In this document: piece by piece, positions 35,940 through 47,744 of the stretch | How positions within the stretch are numbered: position 1 is the stretch's first letter | How the letters are laid out: every line of letters begins with the position of its first letter | Assembly: GCF_947568905.1 (NCBI RefSeq) | Contig: NC_079167.1 | Coordinates: 85,994,001-86,058,000, forward strand | From: Ostrea edulis | Taxonomy: Eukaryota | Reading direction: 5' to 3' | Length of the DNA: 64,000 nt | Translations under genes and position numbers: made by a program | The notes under the pieces: model-generated | Database searches by the model: none | What the model saw: only the letters and a program-made list of their open reading frames with translations | What the model was told of the DNA's origin: nothing

Positions 35940-37703
35940 CTACCTACTGACCTAGTCCTTGTTGCGCCAGTGGGCACATAGGGCAAGGACTAGTTTCTTC
36001 CACTCCTCTCTGTCTTTAGCAGCCTTTTCAATTTTGCCCCAGGTCATGCCAATCTCTTTCATTTCTGTTTCGATTGTTCTCCTCCAGGTGGTCTTTGGAC
36101 GGCCTTGTTTTCTTTTCCTTTCTGGAGTCCATCGAAGTGAGACCCTAATGATGTCATTGATGGGTTTCCTTAAGATATGCCCAATCCATCTCCAGCGGTA
36201 TTTCATAAGTATGGTGAACATGTCTGAGGATTTTGTTCTTGCATGTAAATTCTCATTTGTGATTTTTTTTCAGGCCAAAAATTCTTACAGATCTTTCGGG
36301 GACATCCATTGTGGAAGCTTGATAGTTTGTTAATGTCTTTCTCCGTCATCCTCCAACATTCCGCTCCGTACAACAGAACTGACAGGACACAGCTGTTGTA
36401 TAACCTCATCTTGGTGTTCTTGCTTATGCTGTTTGACTTCCAAATGTTCCTAAGATTGATAAAGGCACCTCTTGCTTTTCCTAATCTTGCCTTGATGTCT
36501 TCTTCCGCACCAACATCTGTTGTAACAATGCTACCCAGGTATGTAAAAGATCTTGTACTTTCCAGGTTTTTGTGTTCCACCGATGACAAGGTTATTGTTT
36601 CCACAAAATTCTACAAACTGCTTTCCGTTTTCATTCATGACGCCACATACATATTTGCCAATCACTCGCTCGAATCCTGTGTTGTTGTTTCCTACTTTTG
36701 CATTGAGGTCTCCCATAACTATTGTCAAATCATGTTTAGGAATCTTTTCTATTTCAGCTTGAAGTGCTTCATAAAAATCTTGTTTAACATCACTTTCTGC
36801 ATCATTTGTTGGAGAATAGACCTGTATTATGGATGTTTTGACTGGCTTGGTGTTTAGTCTTGCTCTTATTATTCTTTCATTAACTGGATGATATTCTATT
36901 AATGACGTAGCAGCTGATTTAGATAAAATGATTGTTACTCCTTCATGATGACGTCCATCTTTTATCCCTGATAATACTATTGTTTCTCCTGTACTTGTTG
37001 TATTCTTTCCAAACTCTGTCCATTTGCACTCACTTACACCTAGAATGTGCAGCTTGTTCTCTTTCATCTCTCTTAAGACTTGAGACTGCTTTCCGGTCTC
37101 ATACATTGTACAGACATTCCAGAAGCCTACTCTTAGCTTGGTTCTCGTATTCAGTATACTCTTCATGCTGCTAGCTTCCTGTTGGATTTCACTCGAAGCA
37201 TTCATACATGCAGGATTCTGCTGGTATCCTGAAGTCTGGAGAAAAGTTGAATTATTTCTAGTCCTTGTTTCCGTAACCAATATTTTTTACGAGGAGAGAT
37301 TACCCCCTTGCTCAACCTCCAACCTGTTGGGCCTACCTCAGCTAATGAATCCATTCTACCCAGGTTTATATCAGAGTTTCCTTCTCCTAGAAAAGTTACT
37401 TGCCAAAGTTGACGACACTCATCTGGACGACCATTTGCCCATGGTTGGGGCAAGGTTGATGAATGCTAGGACATGTCCACACACCCGTGGGCCTACACAC
37501 TGCATCTCTGGCGCCCTTGCTGCTCCGACATCCCCTGCAATTCAGCCTGTGATACTTGATCCCAGTTGACGTGCGTTGCCACGGGGAGGCATTGAAGGAG
37601 TCTTGGTAGTTTTGAGGCTTTATACTGGCAAAGAAAGATTTACGCATTTTACTTTCCTTTTCACCTACAAGTAGGCTAGCCAGCAGCAGCATTAGATCTA
37701 CAA
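35940..37703 (-). mobile_element. RTE-clade LINE with both ends and TSD, internally deleted (APE fused to RT C-terminus)
   Basis: TSD TTTTAGTCAT at 35930-35939 and 37704-37713; APE (VGFWNV..LGVSECKW..IIQVYSPT..GDLNAKVG..NENG) joined at ~36575 to FTYLGS..LYNSCVLSVLLYGAECW..RWRWIGHILR..GRPKTTW. Confidence 0.92.
37532..37647 (-). ncRNA. HDV-like self-cleaving ribozyme in the RTE 5' UTR (P1 degenerate)
   Basis: P2 CUCCUUCAAU/AUUGCAGGGG; P3 GCC/GGC; L3 UCCCCGU; P1' AACGCAC vs P1 AUGCGUA (5 of 7 pair); P4 CUGGGAU/AUCACAG; J4/2 CUGA (CNRA), putative catalytic C at 37545. Confidence 0.72.
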
Positions 37704-38968
37704 TTTTAGTCATATATTGTCCTTAATTAGGTCAAGGTTGTAATATGACCCCTTCTATTCTTGTCGAGAACAATAGGTATATTGTTTACTAACCCCATAC
37801 AGCCGCCTTTACTACTATTATGTATTAAACTGTCCCAAATGAAACTATTGAAATAAAATAATTCAAACGGAAAATAAAAACATACATGTCTTATTCTTTC
37901 ATTGCAATCAGGGGAGGGGTGGTTGGGTGGGAGTGTTCAAATTTTTTTTTTCAATTTCGAATACGAGATTTATTGTAAATTATATAAAATCAACCAAGCC
38001 CGAAAATCACAAGGGTACATGAATATAATTATGTATATGTGGAAATTAGTGTGAATTCATTGTTTTTTTTAATTTCAACGACTCTGTATTTGCTTACACA
38101 GATTTTGTTGTCTTATTGAGTACATAAATTTGTAGATCGTGCCATGCTGGTTAGTACAAAAATTGAACTCAAACCATTCAATTCCAAGTTCGGTACCACT
38201 TTTCAACAACATCCGCTACTCTCATTTTCGACAAATCCGGTCAAACAAAAGGGTGTTGCTAAAACGCGGAACGGAAAACGGAATAGAATTTAAGAATTAG
38301 AATGATTAATGTAGCTAAGATAACAACAAAAAACGGATGGAAATACTTTGTTATGAAAAATTGGGGGAATTCCTTTACAAGCGGTAAAACAATTTTAGCT
38401 TAAAATTCTGCATCATAAATAGATTAAACGAAGTTAAACATTTGTATAACAATTCAAAAAGTGTTTTACAAGATTTTAAAATGTTGGCATTGACAGATGT
38501 GTTAGCGACCCGTGACACCTATGATTAGGGAATGGAAAGAACACACGTACTTGACACACACCCCCCCCCCCCACCCCCCCATCCCGTGGCAAAACGTCAT
38601 TAACGCACATTTACATGTAAATTCATACATAATATCGTGTATGTGTATACTTACAACAGGGAGTGTGGTATGTATATAACTACAATTCATGATCTTATTA
38701 AGTCAGCCACTTAAAGTTGTATGGTCCGAATTACAATATTTTTTCCATCTCGTAAAACGCTATTAAATCATCGCACGTATGTAGTTATGAGGCTGTACGA
38801 CATATCATAAATTATGTCACCTGGTTTAACCCAAATAATTTGATTTTAAATCGATGTTTACAAATAACCGCGTCACTCTGCCATTTCAAGTGACAGTCAC
38901 GTGACCAGTTCAAACATTCAGATCATCGGTGGTCTTATCTGTAAAACTCATACGGTACCAATTTTGAT

Positions 38969-39012
38969 GCACCAGATGCGCATTTCGACAAATAATGTCT
39001 CTTCAGTGATGC
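38969..39012 (-). ncRNA. Minimal type I hammerhead ribozyme, copy 1 (intact)
   Basis: GCAUCA-CUGAAGA-GACA(UUAUU)UGUC-GAAA-UGCGCA-UC^UGGUGC: 6-bp stem I, full core, 4-bp stem II, self-complementary stem III AUGCGCAU; AUC cleavage triplet, cut between 38975 and 38974. Confidence 0.85.
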
Positions 39013-39305
39013 TCAACCGAAATGTTTGAAATCCGAAATAACTATGAAGTTTTGGAGCTAAATATAGCCAAAAACAGCGTGCCAAAAAAGTGGAGCCAAA
39101 TTCGTCCAAGGATAAGAGCTATGCATGAGGGAGATAATCCTTAATTTTGAAATGAATTTCTAAATTGTATAACAGCAATTAAATATACATCCGTATTTTC
39201 AAGCTAGTAACGAAGTACTTAGCTACTGGGCTGTAGAGACCCTCGGGGACTAACAGTCCACCAGCAGAGGTCATAATGTAAAACTCATACGGTACCAATT
39301 TTGAT

Positions 39306-39349
39306 GCACCAGACGCTAATTTCGACAAATAATGTCTCTTCAGTGATGC
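39306..39349 (-). ncRNA. Minimal type I hammerhead ribozyme, copy 2 (stem III altered)
   Basis: Stem I, core and stem II identical to copy 1; stem III reads AUUAGCGU; GUC cleavage triplet, cut between 39312 and 39311. Confidence 0.72.
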
Positions 39350-41328
39350 TCAACCGAAATGTTTGAAATCCGAAATAACTATGAAGTTTTGGAGCTAAAT
39401 ATAGCCAAAAACAGCGTGCCAAAAAAGTGGAGCCAAATTCGTGTAAAGCTTTGTATTTTGTTATAACAGTACCGTACCATAAGTTTAATAGAAATAAAAA
39501 TATCAAATACCTCTTAGTAATTCGTTGTTTTACGCTCTTTCAGCCTTAAAACTAGACAGTTGCGTATGAGTTAATACATCATGTTGGGATTCCCCTGACG
39601 CGCGTGGGTCTATTTATAGACGTCTATTATGGGATAATTTATATATGTACCCATTATATTTACTTTCTAAATAATATTCGCACTGGGTTTTTTTTTTACA
39701 TGTAGATGTTTTCAAGCATGTAATTAAGGGAAAGTTAATAACTTTATAAAGTAATTAATCTGCTTTAAAGTAATTATGTACAAAAATAATACATGAACAT
39801 CGGGTCATACAGCTTTAAACAGCTTGTGTTTGATATATCATATTTTTAAGTAACAGAGCCTTAGTGACCGCAGCATTCCAATCCTAAATAGGGAGAACTT
39901 GTAGCAGTTTATGTATAAACTAAATACAAGTATCTTAATTTTAACATCAATAATGAGACGACCTTTTAATTCCATTCAAGCATAAATTGTTGTGTATTAG
40001 TCTTTTAGCTATTTCATATCTGTTAATTTTTCATACTGTTAATCGTCAACTTAACCTTAGTTTTCATTGGTTTTGCTTAAATCATTCTTTCCCGCTGTAT
40101 TTCTTATGGTTCAACACTAGCAGGATGTTGTTAAATGTACGAATTTTCACAAAATTTCATCCCAAAGGAGGCAAACCTTTATACACAAGGAACTCGTTGG
40201 CTTTGAAATTTGATGTGATGCATATATACATGTATTATACCAGGTGTAGAACTAAATTACAAATAAAAGCAAGTTCAGTTTAAGAAGCTTAAGGCCAAGT
40301 TTGGAGGAAATTATTGAAAAAAATGTTTTATCTTTTACAGTGTTGCTTTCATGAAGGGCGGGGGTTCTCATTGGATTTAAAATTTGAAAATTCAAATCTT
40401 TTTCAGTAAGATTATCATTGATTTTTTTTAATTATTTGTTTTCTTTATTAATATTTTTATGGTAAGTTAATGATTTTGAAATACAATATGCAATGATATG
40501 AAGTATACGAAACGGTGGATTCAGTGGATGATTTCCCGCCCTCTCTGTAATTTCTGCTTCCCTTGTTTATGATAAACCTTTTATTTTGCAAAATGCTGAC
40601 CTCCTAATAACATATTGCATACAATATTTTTTCCGTTTCGTTTTCCGTTCTACGTTTTAGCAACACAAAACCCCCCTAAAAATACACAACTTTTATATTT
40701 CAAAATTTGTAAATATATTTATTCTGCATTTCAGTCATGTAATGACTGTGCATAGAAGGTCCTTGTCAAAAGTCCATGAAACAGGAATGATAGCTTGCAT
40801 AAGCACGACATTTTATTTCGCTACATTGTGCTTTACAGGGCTCAATTTTTTACTGATATAAATCTTTCCATAGCTTTATTTAGAAGAATTCTATGACTTT
40901 ATATCACCTTTACAATTCTGTTTTAAAAATTTTAAAAGAGCAATATAATCATTTTTATTACCAAAACAAACAAAGAACACTGCTCGATCTCGCACAAAAT
41001 CAACAACGTCAACAAATAAACAACGTGATGTTCAATATTTCTTTTAATTAAGTGGCTCACTACACCCAGAAATAGTTTCTCAAATCAGTACGAATTGGTT
41101 TAATCATAAAAGATATGATGATATTTATAATAAGTATATATGCCAAAAAGGCAGAAAAGATGCAAATTTTGATAAAAACATGATTTCTCCCAAAAACTAT
41201 TAACCACTGACCTACAATATAAGACAAACAAATCGATCGAAACAAATACTTTCACAAAACATTTAAATCGCCATCTTGTGACGTAGTGTCATAAAGAGTG
41301 TAAGCTTTAGTGTTGTGAGCTACCTTAA

Positions 41329-43891
41329 AGGGGTGGTTCACGGTTTTTGAAAAAAAAATCATTTTTGATGTTAAACATTAAAAGTATAACTCGTTCAATG
41401 TTGACAGCCAAATTTTGAACCTTCTGAATGGAGGAATAAAAGCTATATTTTAACCTTAACTGTTCCAGTGTATATAAAAACTCGAGTCTTTTTATGTAAA
41501 CAAACAAACCAGTAAAATATTAATTTTGCATCTTAATTTTGCGTAGTCACAAATTTCAACTTTTAGATGACACATTTTAACTTAGGAATGCTTGAAATAT
41601 GATAAATATAATAAAGTTAGATTGATATCTAATAATATAAATTCAAAATCTCAGCCTGAAATATGTACATACAATTTCGAGGCAGACGTAGACACGACCA
41701 TGACTCTCCTGGAGGAGTTCACCTCTGTTACAGAGGAGGAAGTACAGAGAATAATCAAACATTCACCTAATAAATCGTGTGAGCTATACCCAATACCAAC
41801 ATGGCTTTTAAAATCTTGTTTGCAAGAACTTCTACCAATTCTGACAAATATTATAAACCTATCTCTTAAATTTGCAAGTGTACCAGCAGTATTCAAAAAA
41901 CCACATATAAGACCTCTTCTGAAAAAAGCAAATCTTCAACCAAATACTCTTAAGAACTATAGACCTGTGTCCAATTTGCCTTTTGTTTCAGAGGTCCTGG
42001 AAAAGGTAGTGAACTCCCGTATTGAAGACCATTTGACATTAAATAACCTTCATGAAGAACACCAGTCAGCATATAGGCAGTTCCATTCCACGGAATTTGC
42101 ACTACTGAAGGTACAGACTGATATACTACAATCTTTAGACAAAATGATGTCACTATACTTGTGATGTTGGATCTTTCCGCTGCATTTGACACTATCGAAC
42201 ACACTACCCTGTTGCACCGACTTGAACATCTGTTCGGAATAACAGGCAAATCACTAGGATGGACACCATCTTACCTCAGTGACCGTCACCAAACGGTCTG
42301 CATAGATGGTGCCAAGTCAAGGCCAGTGAAAATGAATTTCAGTCTGCCGCAAGGATCAGTGCTGGGTCCCAAATTCTATACAATGTACACAAAGCCAATT
42401 GGTTCCATCTGTAGATATCATGGACTTGATCACCATTTTTACGCTGATGACTCTCAGCTTTATCTGTCTTTTAAACCTAGGGACATAGCTACACAGGCAG
42501 ATACATTACATCGTATTGAGGTTTGTCTATATGACATCGTGTTTTGTATGCATGGCAATATGTTGAAACTCAACACGGATAAGACTGAGGTCATTGTGTT
42601 TGCATCTGATCGAAATGCAAACCTCATTAGAAACATTTCAGTGACAGCAGGTGACTCACAAATTAATCCTTTAACCTGCGTTCGAAATCTTGGTGTCATG
42701 TTTGACTCCAAGATGGATATGGAGAAAGAAGTGAACTTTGTCAGCAGATCTTGTTATGCACAGTTGCGACAATAGGCCACATCAGAAAATATTTAACAAC
42801 AGAAGCAACTAAATCTCTTGTGAACTCCCGAATTACATCAAGGTTAGATTACTGTAACGCTCTCCTGGTTGGTGTTCCAAAGAAAGTCCTGAGCAAGCTC
42901 CAACATATTCAGAATACTTCCGCACGTCTCATATCCAGGACCTCTCGTTACAACCATATCACTCCAATACTAAGAGAAATACACTGGTTACCTGTGCAGT
43001 ATAGTACACAATATAAGATACTTACTTATACTTACAAAGCCCCACATGATGAGTGCCCAACTTATATCAAACAATTACTAGAGGTATATAAGCCTACCCG
43101 AAATCTTAGATCCATAAAACAATCAGTCACTTTAGTTATTCCAAAAAGTCGAACCGTAACATACGGAGATCGGTGTTTCAGAACAATAGCTCCAAAACTG
43201 TGAAATGCCCTTCCAGAATATGTAAGGGACTGTAGAACACTGTGTGCATTCAAGAAGTCACTGAAAACACATTTTTTCCATCAAGTTTTCTAGGACTAGT
43301 TTATATCATTTCAGTCATTCGTGTAGGTTAGATTCTGTGAAAAACTTTGAAAACTAAGGACTGTGTGTCTTAGCTTTCGAGTACCATTTTGTGATGTTTT
43401 AGAAAGAAAAAAAAGGGAATTGTATGTTTTAATGTATTATACCTGAGACATTATATGATGTGTCTGCGTGTGTGTATTTCATTATTATTATTATTTTAAT
43501 ACGCCCTGAAACTGATGTTTATTCTTATCTAGCATATTTATGGTATCTTGTGTTTTCATGTTTTATATGTACAATGCTTTTAATGTTTTATTTATTTTCT
43601 ATGTATTATGTGTATAACATTCTCTTGTAAGGTATAAATGCATTGTAAAGAACCTTTGAGCGTACATAGCGTATGAAAAAGGTGCTATATAAATATGGTA
43701 TTATTTTTTTTATATCCATTTCTTTTCAAAATTTCGTAAACAATAACATATCGGAATCTTTGTTTACAAAACAAATAATAAAATGAGCTTCTGTGATAAT
43801 GTATAACCTCAATTTTTGTGAAACCTTTTAAACACATTTGACAGTAGATTTTGATCAAAAAGATTTTGGTGAAAATCGTGAATCAATCTCT
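41329..43891. mobile_element. Kolobok-like non-autonomous DNA transposon, split by an L2/CR1 insertion
   Basis: TTAA at 41325-41328 and 43892-43895; imperfect TIRs AGGGGTGGTTCACGGTTTTTG / AGAGATTGATTCACGATTTT; internal TGTAAACAAA and TTTGTTTACA motifs. Confidence 0.65.
41670..43708 (+). mobile_element. 5'-truncated L2/CR1-group LINE, RT with frameshifts, 3' UTR and tail
   Basis: NYRPVSNLPFVSEVLEKVV, LDLSAAFDTIEH, PQGSVLGP, FYADDSQLY, RLDYCNALL, HITPILREIHWLPV; tail GTGCTATATAAATATGGTATTATT. Confidence 0.92.
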
Positions 43892-46113
43892 TTAACGCTG
43901 TTTTCTAACTCAATAAACCTCGTTTTGTCGTAGCGGCTCCTATATAGAGTTGGGCAAACACAGAGCACTGGATATGCATCAAATAACAAACACATATTAA
44001 ATACTACTAATGCAGATAAGAATAAAATCATCAAATAAGCAAGTATGTTAGCATGGAAATGAAGAAGAACACGGAGAGAGTGAAACAGAATGTTTTGTTT
44101 TTCTGGAAGAGGCCTCCTTTAGAGTTGATAAGATACTTTTATTCATACATATTCAAGTAATAGTACTATTATGAATAAATAACTCCATTCTTTAGATTTC
44201 AGCAGTAATGATTAAGTAATAAAGTAACGTTACATTGTAGTAAAGGTTAGATTTAATGATTTTACAAACTCCCATCCTGAATAGTTTTTCTAAAGTAGAA
44301 TCGTATCTTACATTACACACTAATGACCAATATATTTATATTTCTATCACAGATAGGAGAAGACATAATGTAACGCATATTTTCAAAATCAATGTAATGT
44401 AGGTGTTAAGCACAAGATAACTGAATCCTCGCGAAAGCTACATATTATGCGGGAAAAAATGTGAAGGCCAAGCTATGCAGGTACATTAGCTGACCATATC
44501 GCTGATATCCGACTTTTCAGTATGACACAAGCTCTCACGCGTTCATCCGCAATACACACATGTGACAATATAAAAACGGGAGCAAGTGTCGGGATGACTC
44601 GGATGAATATTATACCAGTTAAGGAAACGATGATAGAGTTGTTTGTTGTTGTTATTGTTTTTCATTTTGTTTTTAACTTGTAACTTTGTGATAAATATCT
44701 ATTGAATAAACCATTCTAAAATGAGTTGTTCTTTTATATTCTACATTCATTAATCACGCCAACAAAGATCACAGCAGCATTGAACAAAGATTGGCCGTTT
44801 TTGTTGGTGGATGCCCACCTTTTTTGTGGGCATGCAGCTATTGGGTGGCATTTATACTGGATTTTGCTTGGTGTATTATTATTGTATTTGTCAGTAGGGG
44901 GTCAGCTTGCACATTATGATGCCAAATTGTTTGATATACAGGGTATAATCTACTGACCCCCTAATAAGCTAAATAGTTTTCTACATTGTGTATAGATGCA
45001 GTATTGTTTGTAATTTTTTGGTGCTAGGGGGCCAGCTTCTATATTGTGATGATGATGGGTTTTCCATTTTTCTGTGTACTAGTCAACTGACCCCCTAACT
45101 GTTTTTCGTCATTTACAGAATAAATGACAATTTTTCAATTCAATGATGTGTTCTTGGTTATGCCTGCCTAAGCAAAAAACGGAGCAAAGTTCTCCTTGGC
45201 GAGTTCAATTTACGTAGGAACATAAAGATAGGTGATATTTTCGTAAGAAACATCATTCCACAGGGCGGATAGTTGAAATAAACACATTGATATGAGATAT
45301 AAACGCTGCAGAAACCTATCACAAATTTGCGGAAACTTTTATATCAGAAACTGTGAATACAAGCAATGTGTACAAGTTGCAATTATGTGTAACTTCCAGG
45401 TTTCAATAAGTCTCCATTGCGCTAAGTTGTTTTTAAATGTTTCAGACCAACTCAATTTGTCTCACATCCAAATCAATGTACATAAATTTTGAAAATCAGC
45501 AGCCTGAAAGATGTCGAAAAACGACCTGTGTTAATGCATATGCAATATGAAATAATTTTTAAAAAAAATTTAATGGCTGGCCAAAAGCATTCTACTTGCA
45601 AGCTTTACAATGTAAGACATGGATAAGAGTTCATCTATAAATTGTTGATTTTGCAAAACCAGTAGTTATGATACGTATTACCTTATAAAAGTAGATTCCC
45701 TGCAGTCAGGATGTATGCAAGTGAGGATAACCTCTGGAAATCCATTATAATATGACTAAAATGATTAAGGAACGGTCATTTAGGATAAGTTCACATGCAC
45801 AAAAGGAAGGCGGTACGTTACTCGGATTCATGTTTAATGTATCCGTCAATCCCGGACCTCTTCTTCGAATGGTTGAGAAACTACGACTCATCAATATTCA
45901 TTAAATCCCATATGTTTATACGTGTCATTACGTTGCATATCTCGGTCACCAAGAATGTTTGACAAAGACAAATTTCGTCTATACAAGGTTATTGTGATGC
46001 AAAAAATAAATAAAAACAAACGTGCAAATGCATCTGATGTCCTGTTTATTTAGATGAAACAACAGCTGTGGATCTGTAGATCTCTGGGGGATAGGTTAAG
46101 GAGAAAGTCTGAA

Positions 46114-47224
46114 AACTGTCCATTCTGTGAGAGAAAGAACTGTTCGAGGCCCGAAGGGCCGAGAATAGTTCTTTTTGCTCACAGAATGGACAGTTTGAGG
46201 ACTTTATCTTACCTAAAACATTTTCTCTGTTGTTAACTCAATAGACTGTTCCAGGTGATGGTTATTATGTAACGCATTCAATTGATTTTCTGGAAACTGA
46301 GTGGCATTTCAAAACACAACGACAAAAGGGGGAAAATGAAGGGGTATTGTTGAACTTAACGAACAGTGCCAGGTAAATTTATAGTTAGATGGTAGCTCAC
46401 TTGATTTCTTACTACTTCCCATACAAACTGTCATAGTCAACATGTCATCATCAGATGGAGAGAGTTTATTTATAACGCAATCAAAATACAGGGATACTGA
46501 GGACAGCGTAAATAAGCGATATATTTCAAGAACATGGAGAAAGAAAATACCACTGAGGTATACACAAGCTGAAACCTCGTATGCAGATGCCCCAGTTGAT
46601 GTTCATGTTTTGACAAAAACTATCGCAAATCTTTGTGAACGAGCGGGATTCAAACGACACTATACAAATCAATCATTGAGTGTAACAGCAGCAACACGCG
46701 TGTATGAAGCTGGGACTGACGAACAGCTAATTACAGAAAAAAGGGGCCACAAATCTATTGCAGTTCGATCCTACAAATGTACCAACAATGAATAGCAGCA
46801 GAGAGTTAGTGAAATTATTCGTAGAAATGTGGCAGATTCAGATGATGGAAAGTGTGTGAAAAGGATGAAAAGTTCCTGTCCTGAAGATGATTCTGTTCGC
46901 AATGTATCTACTAGCAGTGAGATTAACATTTCTTCAAGAAAAGAATATGTTAATGGATATATTTTCAACCATTTATGGAATAATATGAGACGTTTTGTTC
47001 ATTACAATCCTTGAAATGTGAATTAAATTCAAATTTTCCTCTTTTTCATTGCAGAAAAAAAATGTCACTTTTTTTTTTTCTTTTTTTTTTTTTTTGCTTT
47101 CAGCATTTAAAACCTGTTCAGGAAGTTACCTATACCTGTACATTAAGTTACCTGTAGCAGTACAATAAGTTAAGAATCGATAGTTTTTTCAACTTAATGT
47201 ACAGTTACAGGTGACTTAATGTAC
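46114..47224 (+). mobile_element. Crypton-like tyrosine recombinase transposon relic with a palindrome at each end
   Basis: PVDVHVLTKTIANLCERAGFKRHYTNQSLSVTAATRVYEAGTDEQLITEKRGHKSIAVRSYK (46590-46780) matches the Crypton/DUF3504-type YR C-terminus (TNHSLR..GH.S....Y); palindromes at 46114-46195 and 47138-47224. Confidence 0.75.
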
Positions 47225-47744
47225 TGTTTTCAAATATCCAAATCTATTATGCCATATAATGTACAACTAACACAAAAGATTACATAAAGGAAATATTTTA
47301 AATTAGGACGACCAGAGAGCTACACATGCCTATCTAAAAACCTTTTTACAATGAAAATAAAAATGCACAAAAATTTCCAAACATGTTTTACCACAATAGT
47401 TGTGCCCAAACACACCTATAAACAGTCAACAAAGTCCCATACAACCTGAACTCACAATTTTAAATTATTTAACCTCATGTACTTAGGTATCCAATCAAAT
47501 TGAAACACTATGATTTTGTATCTATTAATAATATTCGATCGGAGGTTTGTATTCGGTCTTCATTTTTCATAACCACGATTCATTGTTATAAAATGAAAAT
47601 ATTTTCTGTACATGTTTAAAAAGCTCTCGGGTGTTAAAAAGTAATTCCGGTATTATGTGAAAACCTAATCTTTGACAGGCTACATGATTATATATCAGCA
47701 AACGCAATCATTTGAAGCTAAGATTTCGGTTCGTCTGAGGCTTT

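Larger units (their letters stand above)
38941..39442 (-). mobile_element. Non-coding 1.5-unit tandem element (337-bp period, 165-bp direct repeats) carrying hammerhead ribozymes: PLE pseudo-LTR or non-LTR retrozyme
   Basis: 38941-39105 is repeated at 39278-39442; each repeat contains a hammerhead core; no meaningful ORF. Confidence 0.8.
38251..40666. mobile_element. ~2.4-kb non-autonomous TIR element, superfamily unknown, containing nested insertions
   Basis: GTGTTGCTAAAACGCGGAACGGAAAACGGAA (38253-38283) is inverted to TTCCGTTTCGTTTTCCGTTCTACGTTTTAGCAACAC (40631-40666); no clear TSD. Confidence 0.65.

Noticed and set aside
36309-37713. Long ORFs 36309-36857 (+), 37138-37569 (+) and 37396-37713 (-)
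   Set aside because: Antisense shadows of the RTE ORF or chance frames in its GC-richer 5' UTR
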